From positions 2,108,001 to 2,172,000 of the forward strand of contig JBHGNT010000010.1 in the NCBI GenBank assembly GCA_043228905.1: DNA of 64,000 bases, read 5' to 3'. The translations under genes were made by a program, and so were the position numbers. The stretch is from Azolla caroliniana (lineage: Eukaryota; Plantae; Polypodiophyta). Within the stretch, counting starts at the first letter, position 1, and each line of letters starts with the position of its first letter. Under the pieces are notes generated by a model. That model had not been told where the DNA came from, made no database searches, and worked only from the letters and a program-made list of their open reading frames with translations. This document shows positions 23,439 through 37,100 of this stretch, piece by piece.

Positions 23439-26400
23439 TGTTTGTAACGAGTGCGGTTTGCGAAAACGTGTGTGGATCTGTTTGTCAGTTCTGAACAGCA
23501 AACAAAGCAGACAGAAAAATAGAATGGGCGTGGACTTACATAGTGCAAGCTCTAATGGAAATCATTATTGCTTCGTTCTCACTCTCTCACTATGATACAA
23601 TGCACAAACACTTCGCCTCTCTATTACGCGTCACTCTATACAATGTTAGGAATTCGCTTATATACTAAGCCCTAATTTATTGACGAGTTCACACTCGGAT
23701 TGATACAATTTGGAAGGAGTCAGCCTTTTATGCCAACAAACTCCCCCGTAAAAGGGCTACTCTTCCTTGCATGTACAAGTATTTGGGGTTATCTCCCCCG
23801 TAAGCCTAGATTACAAATTTGATCTGAGTTTATATGTTACAAGTCGGTCAACATGAAGCCGAGTCGGCAAATGTATAGGATGTGTCGTTATTGCTCCGAT
23901 CAAATTTTACCTTCTGCTCCTCGTTCGGCTTTCTTCTACTCGGTTGCTTGTAGTAGCCCCATTTTCATCCTTAGTGTTCCAAAGCGTAGTAGATCTGGGA
24001 GTGGCTTCGTCACCTCGGTGTCGATCTTCCGGACTTCAAGTTTTTTTTCGTTTACGAGCTCCCGAATGTGATGATACCGCGCCTCAATGTGCTTCGTCTT
24101 CGCATGATAGACGGGATTGTTGATGAGGTGTATTGCACTCTGTGAGTTGCAATAAATGGTCGGCGTTGGTCGGTTGTTTCGGCTTGCAGTTCCGAAGTCG
24201 GCAGTCAGTCGGTGCAGCCACATTGCTTCCTTCGCGACTTCCGATGCTGCTATGTACGCAGCTTCTGTGGTAGACAGAGCCGTGCACTCTTGAAGTTTCG
24301 ACCTCCATGATATCGCACCACCATCATAGGTGAAGATGTAGCCTAATGTCAATTTTCGATTATCTGCATTTCGGCATATTTGGAATCGGTGTAGCCTTCG
24401 ACTTCGGCTGAGGTTGACAGTCCGAAAGTCAGTTGTGCATCCAGGGTTCCTTTTAGATACCTAAGGATGTGCTTCACGGCCTCCCAATGCTTCTTTCCTG
24501 GGTTTGACATGTACCGGTGTCGCGAAGTTTCGCGCACGTGTGTTACTTGGGCGGGACCACGGGGGTCTTGGACTAGGGAGTACTCAAGGGATAGAGAAGA
24601 CCCGAGGTTTTCTTTATGACAATACTACTTCCCGACCCCTTCCCGAGCAAGGTCTCGTTGCCCTTTGTTTTGTGAGGCCGGTGTCACGGATCATAAGCTC
24701 AAGAGACAAGCAAGAAGATAACCAAATGGACAAGAAAGAAGATAGTATGAAAGGAAAGACTCCATAACTAGTGTTGTTCACCTTGAATTCCTTCAAGGTG
24801 AACTCCTCTATTTATACTACATGGCATGCATACTTGTTGCACGCATGTGAATCTACAATAGAGCATGTAGGTATGCATGCATGTGCCAAGTGTAAATACT
24901 ACAAGGGGTCAACTATGCACATGATGCTAGCAAAATAATAAGGACCAATTACATACATAACTATGTACTAGATATCTTGGTTAACTCATAATACTAGATT
25001 ATAACATGGGCGTGTCAAGAGTTCGAATCTTGACATTATCCCCCCTCCTACGCCACCTTCCCAAATCGGCCGCTGGTTTGTGGGGATATCAGTGATGAAA
25101 ATCTTGGACGACCTTTGGGGCATTTTGTAAATTTGCCGATGGTTCCCACGTGACCTCAGACATGGGGTAACCCTTCCTTAGGACGAGGTATTGCAAGTGT
25201 CGACGGTGCCAACGCGAGTCAAGGATTTGGTCAACCTCATATTCCTCCCCTGTCGTCAATTGCACAGGTGGTGGTGGTGGGGCCTGACGTCCTGGGAGTT
25301 GTGAAGCATAATGGGGTTCGAGGAGGGAGACATGAAAAACATCGTGAATCCGGAAGTGGGATGGAAGGGCGAGCTGGAAGGCGACGGGATTGATGCACTC
25401 GATGATACGGAATGGTCCCAACTTCTTGTAATCAAGTTTCGCACATGGACGAGTATTCGAGATGTGTCGACGTAACAACCAGACCATGTCTCCAACGACA
25501 AAGTGTGGAGTGGAAGATCGATGGCGATCAGCCTGCTTCTTGTATCTTTAACTAGCAAGACTAAGCTCTAAGGATAAATCATGATGTAGTTCTTCCAAAA
25601 TGCGGGCACGATCCTCCGCCGAAGGGTTCACGGAAGTGGTAGGAAGGGAAATGTTGAAGCGAGGATGTAAACCATAGTTGGCAAAGAAGGGAGTGACGCC
25701 AGTCGATGCATGGAGAGAATTATTGTAGGTGAATTCCGCGAGCGAAAGTAAGTTGACCCAATCATCTTGTTGGTAACTAACCGAGCACTGAAGATACTGC
25801 TCAAGGATTTGTTGGGATTACGGTCCCTCCGGATGGGATGGTCGGATGTCCGGGAATCGGGAATGAAGACCCCGGCTACGGAGCCGGATGATGAAGACCC
25901 CGGCTACGGAGCCGGATGACGGATGTACCCGGAGAGAGATCCGGATGCGGGGACATATTTGTGAATATGTTTGCCAAGGGCCCTTGAGGCTATATTTGTA
26001 AATAGCCCGTAAGTCATATGTGTATAAATATGACTTAGGGCAAACAGTTTTATGTTGTTGCTCATTTTTCTTGTTTGCAAAGTGAGAGCAGCCGAGAGAG
26101 AGAGAGAGAGACGAAGAGGTCGTTGCCTCTGTGTATTACCGCCGCCTGTGGCGAAGACAGTGAGCTCAAGGTTGTTGCCTTGTAGCTTCACCATTGTACA
26201 CCTCTGTTTATAGTGATAGTTGGAGTTTGAGGACTCCCGTGGTTTTTCCCATTTAGGGTTTTCCACGTAAAACATCCTGTGTACCTTTCTCTCTGTTGTC
26301 TTCGTGCATTTTGTATTTCCTGTTTTCTGTGAGTTGATCCTATTCCTCGGTGGTGGCCAAGCGCTGTGTTCGACAAAGTGGTATCAGAGCGACGGTAACA

Positions 26401-28729
26401 CAGAAAATGGAAGGCGGCGGTAGTGGGCCTCCGGGCATGATGGTGCTGAACTCACAGAACTACGCCGACTGGAAGATAAAGATGGAAGACCTTCTCATCG
26501 TCCGAGACCTGTATGAACCGATCGACAATGCCGAGATACCCAAGGGGGTAATAGAGTCGGAGTGGAAGCTCCTGAACCGGAAAGCCATAGCGACGATCCG
26601 GCAATATGTCGATGTAAGCGTTCTGCAACATGTGGCGAACGATACGAACGCCTATGAGATGTGGCAGAAGCTGTCCGGACTGTATGAGAGGAAGAATGCT
26701 CTGACCCGGACCTCCCTGATGAGGAAGATAGTGAATCTTAAGTACCGGGACGGCGAGAGCATGGTCGAACACGTCAGCACGTTTATGGGATTCGTGAACC
26801 TGCTTGCGGCGATCAAGTTCCCGTTGGATGACGCAATGCAAGCCATCATGCTGATGTGTACCCTTCCGGAGAGCTGGGAGAACTTGGTAGTTACTCTCAG
26901 CACCTCCTGTAAGGAAGAGAACTTGTCTTTACAAACGGTAAAGACAAGTATTCTAAATGAAGAAGCGCGTCGGAGAGACAAAGAACCGGCCTCCGACTCG
27001 AAGGCGCTGCTTACCGAATCGGAACGGGGAAGACAACGGAACCGGAGTCCGCAAAGACGGGGGAAGTCGGGGACACGGTCGCAGTCGAGGGGAAGACCTA
27101 CATGCTTCTACTGTGGGAAGCCGGGGCACTTCCAGAAGAACTGTCGGCATTTCCGGAAAGACAACGGAACCGACGGTACCGATTCGAAGAAGTCACCGGA
27201 GTGAAACGGTGCATACCGGGGAGCCACGGACCGGAGAGGTCCGGATCGGCGAGGGCAGGACCGGAAAGGAACGACAGCACTCGCGGCAAGTGAAGAAGAG
27301 ATAATGCTCATTACCGAAGAGAGGGAGCTGAACCTTGCCGGCGAAGAGATGACCTGGGTGGTCGATTCCGGAGCGTCGTTCCACCTGACCCCGGAGAAGA
27401 AATACTTCTCATCCTACACAGCCGGTGAGCACGGCTGTGTCCGGATGGGAAATGAAGGTACATGCCGGATTGCCGGCATAGGAGACGTGTGGCTGATGAC
27501 ATCAACTGGATGCAAGATGCTGCTGAAGGATGTTCGACACGTTCCGGAGGTTCGATTGAACCTGATTTCGGCCGGGTGGCTAAACGATGAAGGCTACACG
27601 GGTAGCATCCGGAACGGTGTCATGAAGTTCAGCAAAGGGAGCCTGATAGTGGCTCGGGCCCGGAAGGTCAACACACTGTACCTGATGAATTCCCGGCTAT
27701 GTCCGGAGGAGCTGAACGTGGCAGCCGACACTGCCGGTGAGCTGTGGCACAAGAGACTGTGCCACATGAGTGAGAAGGGGATGAAGAGGCTTGCAGAAGA
27801 CAACCTTATTCCAGTGAAGCATGTGCACCTGGAGAAGTGCACCGATTGCCTGGCCGGTAAACAGAACCGAACCTCCTTCCACTCAAGGCCACCGACGAGA
27901 CGTAGCGCACCATTGGAGCTGGTGCACACTGACGTGTGTCAAGTAGAAACGAAGTCACATGGCGGAGCCCAGTACTTCGTGACATTCATTGATGACCACA
28001 GCCGGAAGCTGTGGACGGCACCGTTGAAGACAAAGGACCAAGTGTTGTGCGTCTTCAAAGAACTCCACGCGAGAGTGGAAAGGGAATCCGGCAAGAAGCT
28101 GAAAGCGATACGAGCGGATAACGGAGGGGAATACCAGGGGCAGTTCGAGGAGTACTGTCGCTCGAAGGGAATCCGGCTCGAGTTTATTGTGTCGAAGACG
28201 CCGGAACTGAACGGGCTGGCCGAGAGGATGAACCAGACCATAATGGAGAGGGTCCGGAGTATGCTAGCACATGCGAAATTACCCAAGGGATTTTGGGCTG
28301 AGGCAATGTCGACGGCGACATACGTGATAAACAGATCATCCTCAGTACCTTTGGACGGAGACACGCCGCAGAGAGTGTGGACCGGTAGGGAAGTATCTTA
28401 CCGGCATCTGAAGGTGTTCGGGTGTCTCGCATATGTGCATGTGGCAAAGGACCGGAGAGGAAAGCTAGATCCAAAGACCCGGCCATGCATATTCCTCGGT
28501 TACGGCGATGACGAGTTCGGCTACCGAGTATGGGACCCGGTCGACAAGAAGATATTCAGGAGTCGAGATATCATCTTCATGGAGGACAAGACACTCGCCG
28601 ACTGGGAGTCGGAGAAGAAGATGAAGAGCTCCAAGTCGACCGGTGAGGATCAACTCTACGAGGAGCAGGCCCGACCGGCAAGGGACCGGTTAGCACTCGA
28701 GGATCCGACCGAAGACGGTGAAGAAACAG

Positions 28730-31700
28730 TGTCGAATACATGTGTATAATGGACGTATTCACACTATCTCGTTTTGGCCATTTATGTAATTAGCATAAAG
28801 GGTAGTTGCCCTAAGTCGGTCACTATATATAGTGACCTTGTAACCTTTTTGTAAGGTTAGTTGTTGTATTATTTGCTTTATGAATAAAGAGTCTTTTGTG
28901 CCTCTCTGTCTCTCTCTGTCTCTCTCTCTCTCTCTCTGTGCAACGACCTACAATCTGTCATACGCAGGTACTCAACAGCAACGAATGCTTCTTGATCTTC
29001 CGCAAAGACGACTTTCTCCACAACATCTGGTATCAGAGCCTGCACAGTAGTCGGTCCCTCAATCCGCTGTCGGCCGTCGTCTCTGCATTCGGTTTCCTGC
29101 GTCATTTGAAGAAGAGAGAAGAAGAAGAAAAACCAGGTTTGCATCTCATCGCGTTAGATCCTTTTGCTTGGAGTAAGCCATCAGGTTGTACTCTGTCCCT
29201 CGTGATCGTAACCGCTCGAGGTGAAATCCTCTTGTGCATCATTGACACGATCGTGCTCCACTCGGTTAAACGCCATCCGAAAAGGTCATTAAACGCTGCT
29301 CGCCGCTCGTTGTAACCACTCGGTGCAGATCGGTCTCAAGACAACAACCCCAAATTCGTGCTTCATCCGGCTGATCGACATTCGAGAGGATCAGTTGGAT
29401 CCATCTCTCTCGTCGCTGCAGTCACCCGAAGCCGAATCGGTCCAGATAATCGGTATTCGGCAACATTCGGGAAGACCAGTCGGTTCTGTCCCTCAAGCTA
29501 CCGAAGTCAATTCGAGCAAGTTCCGAAGCCGAACCGACTCGGGTTCAAATCCGACTAGAACGATATCGGGTGAGCCAACCGGCTGCACCCCAACAAGGTT
29601 CGTAGTCAACTCCGAACCGAGCTTCGTCAACCGAAACCGAATTTGATGGCATCAACATCTGGCTCGTCAGAAATGAGTCTCCGAAAGTTCGACGGATCGA
29701 ACTTCAACTTCTGGAAGGAGCAAATGCAGGACTATCTCATAGTCAAGGGGCAAATCGATCCCATCGAAAATGAAGAACCTCCAGAAGGATACAAACCAAT
29801 TGAGTGGCAGAAGCTGGACAGAATCGTCCGCGCCACGATTCGGATGCACCTATCGGAATCGGTATACTTTACGGTGCAATCGTGTACGACAGCATTCGAA
29901 CTGTGGAAAACACTGTCGGACACTTACGAAAAGAAGGTCGCCGCAACAAAGATGTTTCTGATCCGGCGCCTCTACAACTTGCGGATGAAAGAATCCGACT
30001 CGGTTCAAGCACACCTCAATGAGTACGAAAGCATAAGCTCCCAAATCTCGTCACAGGGGACGGCAATCGAGGATGAACTCAGAGCAATGATACTCATGAG
30101 CAGCCTTCCCTCATCATGGGAAACTTTCGTCACAACCGTGTGCAACGCGTCAACCACGGCTGTTAAGTACTCCGAAGTCACGAGCGCAATCCTGACCGAA
30201 GCAGCTCGGAGAAAGTCTTTCGCCAAAGACTCAACAGACGACGCTTATGTAGTACAAGGTTCGACAGACCGATCGAACATACGAGGAAGAGATTCCTCAC
30301 GGCCGCCGAACAATCAGCGAAGACGGAGCCAGTCACGGGATAACCGAATCTGCAACTATTGCAAGAAACCCGGACACATCAAAGCCGACTGCCGCGCACT
30401 CAAGAACAAGAACAACAAGAAGAGTGGCCGGCATGAGGAGATCAATTACGTCAGCTTCTCAGCTGATGTGCTACCAGACGACCCGAATATACTATCAATC
30501 GAAAATCCAGTCGGATCAGAAGTCCTACTCACGACTGAAGAATCGAGCACATGGCTCTTAGATTCGGGCGCGTCATTTCACGTGACTCCTCATCGATCCC
30601 AATTTCGGCAATATACGATCCGTCACTCCGACTCAGTTCGAGTCGGCAACTCACAACACTGTGACATCATCGGAATCGGCACAGTAGAGCTCAACCTTGC
30701 AGGTGGCTCTACACTTGTACTCCACAATGTCCGACATGTACCCGAGCTCTCAAGGCCATTGATCTCAGTCGGACAACTAGATGAAGACGGCATTCGTGCC
30801 GGTTTTTCTTCGGGAGGGTGGACACTCCACAGGGGGAACCTCCTGCTTGCTAGAGGACCCAAGATACACTCCCTGTATCCGTTACATGTTACGCTCAGAG
30901 AGGGTAACCTGTTTCTGGTGGATATTCCTGTGTCATCACTATGGCACCGAAGATTAGGACACCTCAGCAAGGCCGGCATCACGCACCTATCTAGAGCCGG
31001 ATACATCCCCAAACTCTCCTTCTCCGACCATCAATTTTGCGAGCATTGCCAGTATGGCAAACAAGTAGCCGCATCACACCCGACATCAGCACCAAGAGAA
31101 ACGAGACCTCTCGATTTAGTCCACTCGGACGTCTGTGGCCCAATGCCGCATCAGTCTCTTGGCGGTGCCTCTTACTTCGTCACTTTTGTTGACGATTCGA
31201 CTCGAAAGGTGTGGGCTTATCCGATTCGCACCAAAGATCGGGTCTTCTCGATCCTCTCCGATTGGCTCGCTATGGTAGAAAATCAAACCGACCGAAAGCT
31301 GAAATGCCTTCGGACAGACAATGGGGGAGAGTTCAAATCCGAAGAATTCGTCAAATTCTGCCGACAACGCGGCATCCGACGTGAATTTACGGCACCACAC
31401 AGCCCGGAGCAAAACGGGATTGCCGAACGAATGAATCGGACAATCCAAGAAAGGATAGTTTCCATGCTCCAACACTCCGGACTGTCGGATGGCTTCTGGG
31501 CAGAGGCTCTACTCACGGCAGTACACATAATCAATATGTCGCCAAGTAGACCTCTAGGACTTCAAATTCCTCAGGAACTATGGATCGGCAGTAAGCCGAA
31601 TTACGACAAGCTGAGGATCTTCGGATGCGAGGCGTACGCCCTTATTCCGAAAGATGATCGCCGAAAACTTACACCTCGGTCCAGGAAATGCATTTTCCTT

Positions 31701-34024
31701 GGATATGGATCCGACGGCGAAATGGGATACCGACTCTGGGACCCCGAACGCAGACAAATCGTTCGAAGTTCGGACGTTGTGTTCAACGAGTCGGCTATGA
31801 ATCCATCAGTCGACAAACCGATCGAAGTCCGAAGGGTAACATTTTCCGATGTGCCGACCCTTCAAGAAGGCCCCGCTCTCAACACACGGTCAGCTTCATG
31901 GGTAGCTGAACCTTACACTACCGACTCGGACAACTCCGACTCGGCACAGCAGAACACTCCGCTTTCGGACCATCCGACCGTGATACCCGATGCGACCAGT
32001 CCAATCATACCTCGACGATCCGAGAGACTGTCGCAACCTCCGGAGAGGTATTCTCCTGGAATTTTCTTCACCGACGCCGGCGAACCGACGTCTTACGAAG
32101 AAGCATCGACATCTGTCGATTCCGCCACCTGGCATCTGGCGATGGAGTCGGAAATGCACTCCATTCGGGCAAACAAGACTTGGGATCTGGTCGAATTACC
32201 TAGGAACTGACGTGCTCTTCCTTGCAAGTGGGTTTATCGACTAAAAGAGACGTCTGATTCGACCACCCCAAAGTACAAGGCCAGATTAGTTGCGAAGGGC
32301 TTCCGACAAGAATATGGCGTCGACTTCGACGAGATTTTCTCACCAGTGGTGAAAATGACAACCCTTCGTTTCCTACTCGGCGTAGTGGCGGCCGACAACT
32401 TGGAGCTGATTCAGCTAGATGTCAAAACAGCCTTCCTCCATGGTGATCTTGACGAGGAAATTTATATGGAGCAGCCAAAAGGCTTCGTGGCAACTGGCCA
32501 AGAACATCTAGTCTGCCGACTCAGGAAGAGTCTATACGGCCTCAAACAGGCACCGCGACAATGGTACAAGAAGTTCGACGACTTCATCCAATCGATCGGC
32601 TTCTCCAAAAGCGATGAGGACCATTGTCTTTTCACCAACACAGCTCAAGATGGATCACCCATCTTCCTCATCATTTACGTGGACGACATGCTAATTTCTG
32701 GACGCCACGCGGGCGAACTTGCCGATCTCATTCGGCAACTGCGGTTGAAGTTTGCCATGAAGGACCTCGATCCGGCACGACACATCCTTGGCATGAAAAT
32801 TAGTCGGCATCGCGATAAACGACATCTTTTTTTGTCTCAGACCGACTATATCGGACGTGTCTTGGAACGCTTCAACATGCAATCAGCCAAATCTGCTTCA
32901 ACCCCGCTCCCCATGAATCTTCGGCTCTCTCAGCGAGACTGCCCGACATCCGGTCCGGAGGGGGAAGATATGAAGTCGGTACCGTATGCACCGGCAGTCG
33001 GCTCCCTTATGTACCTGATGGTCGCGACACGGCCTGATATTTCTCACGCCGTAGGAGTCGTTAGCAGATTTATGCACAATCCTGGCCGATCGCATTGGAA
33101 CGCAGTCAAGCATGTGTTCAGATATCTGGCTGGCACAAAAGACCACGGCATTCTTTTCGGTCCGAACCGAACCTCAGGCGTAGTCGGCTACACCGACTCG
33201 GACTTCGCCGGCTGTATAGACAGTCGGAAATCAACAACCGGATACTGCTTCGAATTCGGCAATGGAGCAATCTCGTGGAAGTCGAAACTTCAGGAGTGCA
33301 CAGCGACCTCAACGACCGAAGCAGAATATGTAGCTGCGTCCGACGCAGCAAAAGAAGCTTTGTGGCTCGGTCGGCTGGCGCACACGTTTCGACAAGTCGA
33401 CCATGACTCAGCTCCAGTTGTCTACAGCGACAGTCAAGGTGTTGTTGCCCTGTCAAAAAATCCGGTTCACCACAACGCCTCCAAACATATCGACGTTCGA
33501 TATCACTTCGTTCGGGACTGCGTCATTTCAGGGAAAATCGGTCTAGAGAAAATATCCACAACCGACAATGTCGCAGATGGAATGACCAAGTGTCTTTCGG
33601 CAGACCGTTTTCGGTCTCTTCGGCATCAGATGGGCGTAACGACAAACCAGTCCAGTTAGAGCCGGACACAGAGCAGGATGGTTCCCGACAACCGACATCA
33701 GTTTCTTAATGATCGGCTTCAACTGTTCCGACCCGACCAGTTCGGTCTTCTGCCTTCGGACCCTGCCGACTCGAACAAAGCTGATATGTCCGAGAACCTA
33801 AGTCTATACCTGTAATCTTAGATAACCCATGTATACGCCCATTACGGGGGAGTGTCGAATACATGTGTATAATGGACGTATTCACACTATCTCGTTTTGG
33901 CCATTTATGTAATTAGCATAAAGGGTAGTTGCCCTAAGTCGGTCACTATATATAGTGACCTTGTAACCTTTTTGTAAGGTTAGTTGTTGTATTATTTGCT
34001 TTATGAATAAAGAGTCTTTTGTGC

Positions 34025-34056
<32 letters not shown>

Positions 34057-34144
34057 GTGCAACGACCTACAATCTGTCATACGCAGGTACTCAACAGCAA
34101 CGAATGCTTCTTGATCTTCCGCAAAGACGACTTTCTCCACAACA
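28730..34144 (+). mobile_element. Element E: full-length, youngest Ty1/Copia
   Basis: LTRs at 28730-29025 and 33853-34144 differ only within a (CT)n tract. TSD AACAG (28725-28729 / 34145-34149), PBS TGGTATCAGAGCC 29028-29040, PPT ACGGGGGAG before 33853. Confidence 0.97.
29646..33659 (+). pseudogene. Copia E gag-pol polyprotein with a single in-frame TGA
   Basis: ORFs 29643-32210 and 32346-33659 share a frame, and the link reads N*RALPCKWVYRLK..YKARLVAKGF. All domains are present (CNYCKKPGHIKADC, WLLDSGAS, IN, YVDDML, RH). Confidence 0.93.
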
Positions 34145-37100
34145 AACAGAACCGGCCGAGGAAGATGAAACTGATACCGGAACCGGCCCCGATCCCGAAA
34201 TGGATTCGGATGAAGAGGAAATGGATGAGCCGGTTACCGAAGCTCCGGAATGGAGATATCCTCTAAGAGAGAGAAGGCCCCCCCGGAGATTCCCGGAACC
34301 AGAGCACGTGCTGCTAACCGACGAGGGGGAGCTGGAGAGTTTTGAAGAAGCAAAGCTTGACAACCATAGCCGCAGGTGGTTAAGTGCCATGCAGGAGGAG
34401 ATGGATTCCCTGCATGAGAACCACACATATGAACTTGTGGAGTTGCCGAAAGGAAAGCGGGCACTTCGAAACAAGTGGGTGTTCAAGCTGAAACCGGGAG
34501 ATGCCGGAAACCCCCCGAGATACAAAGCCAGGATCGTGGTGAAGGGGTTCCAGCAGAAGAAGGGCGTCGACTTCGACGAGATATTTGCCCCGGTAGTGAA
34601 GATGACCTCCATTCGGACGGTGCTGAGCATAGCGGCAAGCATGGACCTCGAGGTAGAACAGATGGACGTGAAGACGACATTCCTTCACGGTGACCTCGAA
34701 GAAGAGATCTACATGCAGCAACCGGAAGGATTCGAGAAGAAAGGGAAGGAGCACCTGGTATGCCGGTTGAAGAAGAGCCTTTACGGACTGAAGCAGGCTC
34801 CCCGGCAATGGAACCGGAAGTTCGACTCTTTCATGACCGACGAAGGGTACCACAAAACGCAGTCTCATCACTGCGTGTTTGTGAAGAAGTTCGAAGGAGG
34901 AGACTTTCTAATACTCCTCCTGTACGTGGACGACATGTTGATCGTCGGACGGGACCAGGTCAAGATACGGATGCTGAAGAAAGCACTTCACCGAACCTTC
35001 TCAATGAAGGACCTGGGTCCGGCGAGGCAAATATTAGGGATGCACATCATCCGGGACCGGAGGAAGAAGCAGTTGTGGCTGTCACAGGAGAAGTACGTGA
35101 CAAAGGTGCTTCACCGGTTCAACATGTCGGAAGCAAGACCGGTCGGATCGACCCTCCCGGCAAACTGCAAGTTGTCCAGCAAGCAAAGCCCCAAGACAAA
35201 GGCCGAGAAGGAGGACATGATGAAAGTACCATATGCCTCTGCCGTCGGAAGCTTGATGTACGCAATGGTGTGTACAAGACCGGACATAGGATATGCAGTC
35301 GGAGTGGTGAGCCGGTACATGAGCAATCCCGGCAAAGAGCACTGGAACGCGGTCAAGTGGATACTCTGATACCTGAAGGGCACGACAAACGTGTGCCTCC
35401 GATTCGGCTCCGGTAAGCCCGAACTCGACGGCTTTACCGATTCGGATATGTCGGCTGATGCAGATACCAGCCGGTCCACATCAGGGTATGTGATGACGTA
35501 TGCAGGGGGAGCTGTTTCGTGGCAGTCGAGGCTGCAGAAGACGGTTGCGTTGTCAACCACGGAGGCGGAGTACATGGCGGCTGTTGAAGCCGGCAAGGAA
35601 ATAATATGGATGAAGGACTTCATTAGAGAGCTCGGTATCCGGCAGGAGGAGTACCGACTCTACTGCGACAGTCAGAGTGCCATCCACCTTGCGAAGAATG
35701 CGGCCTATCACTCCCGGACGAAGCACATCCAGCGAAGATATCACTGGATCCGGGAAAGGATAGAAGACCAGGAGTTCGTGCTGACGAAGATCCACACGGA
35801 CGAGAACGGGTCAGACATGCTGACCAAAGTGCTCACACCCGACAAGCTGGAAGCGTGCCGGAAGAGGGTCGGACTGGAAAGACATCCCATGCCGAAGTGA
35901 AGGGGGAGTTTGTTGGGATTACGGTCCCTCCGGATGGGATGGTCGGATGTCCGGGAATCGGGAATGAAGACCCCGGCTACGGAGCCGGATGATGAAGACC
36001 CCGGCTACGGAGCCGGATGACGGATGTACCCGGAGAGAGATCCGGATGCGGGGACATATTTGTGAATATGTTTGCCAAGGGCCCTTGAGGCTATATTTGT
36101 AAATAGCCCGTAAGTCATATGTGTATAAATATGACTTAGGGCAAACAGTTTTATGTTGTTGCTCATTTTTCTTGTTTGCAAAGTGAGAGCAGCCGAGAGA
36201 GAGAGAGAGAGACGAAGAGGTCGTTGCCTCTGTGTATTACCGCCGCCTGTGGCGAAGACAGTGAGCTCAAGGTTGTTGCCTTGTAGCTTCACCATTGTAC
36301 ACCTCTGTTTATAGTGATAGTTGGAGTTTGAGGACTCCCGTGGTTTTTCCCATTTAGGGTTTTCCACGTAAAACATCCTGTGTACCTTTCTCTCTGTTGT
36401 CTTCGTGCATTTTGTATTTCCTGTTTTCTGTGAGTTGATCCTATTCCTCGGTGGTGGCCGAGCGCTGTGTTCGACAGGATTTGGTTGACACGCTCCGTTT
36501 GCCCATCAGTTTGGGGGTGATAAGCGGAGGACAACTTGACAGAGATGCCTAAAGTTTGTAGCAGGCGCTGCTAGAAGTGAGACAAACTGGGGTCCGCGAT
36601 CCGAGATGACATCATCGGGGAGTCCATGCAAGCGTACCACATTGTTGAGTAGTAGATGCACCATTCCTTCTCCGGAAATGGTTTTGGAGCATGGAGTGAA
36701 GTGAGCCATCTTCGTAAACCGATCGACAACGACCAACACCGAGTCATAGCTATTGACCAAGGGTAGATCAGTTATCAGGTCCATAGAGATAGAGGCCCAA
36801 GGACGACGAGGACATGGAAGCGGTTGTAGTAAGCCGTATGGCCGATGATGAATGGCTTTGGAGCGAGCACAAAACTCACAACTCTTTATGTATTCTTTGA
36901 CCAACTTCCATGGTTGTGGCCACCAATACCCCTGAGAGATTAGCTCGAGGGTTTTCGCGACCCCGAAATGACCTGCAAGTGGGTCATCATGGCATTCCCG
37001 CAACACCCGGGTGTGACATGGGCCCTCTGGGATGTATAAGAGATGATCTCGGAACAACAAACCCTCTTGTATGGTGAAGGTGTCAAGATCCTTCCTTTTG

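Larger units (their letters stand above)
26407..35900 (+). pseudogene. Copia D gag-pol polyprotein (two nonsense codons, interrupted by element E)
   Basis: Single frame from ATG 26407: gag, CFYCGKPGHFQKNC, WVVDSGAS, integrase, RT (YVDDML) and RNase H. In-frame TGA at 27202 and 35367. The frame is restored on removing 28730-34149. Confidence 0.93.
25810..36476 (+). mobile_element. Element D: full-length Ty1/Copia
   Basis: 566-bp LTRs at 25810-26375 and 35911-36476 (1 mismatch seen), each with a 28-bp internal tandem duplication. TSD GGATT (25805-25809 / 36477-36481), PBS TGGTATCAGAGC 26379-26390, PPT GAAGGGGGAG just before 35911. Confidence 0.97.

Noticed and set aside
25904-26275. Identical 123-aa antisense ORFs (also 36005-36376)
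   Set aside because: They lie within the two LTRs of Copia D, so the identity reflects LTR duplication. No recognisable domain.
27202-27204. Programmed stop-codon readthrough between Copia D gag and pol
   Set aside because: The position is suggestive, but the context lacks a CARYYA-type readthrough motif. Equivalent TGA codons also interrupt RT in the same and neighbouring elements, consistent with CGA-to-TGA decay.
28896-29646. Extra ORFs in the long leader of Copia E
   Set aside because: They start in the LTR microsatellite or at non-ATG codons and have no recognisable motifs; probably a 5' UTR.
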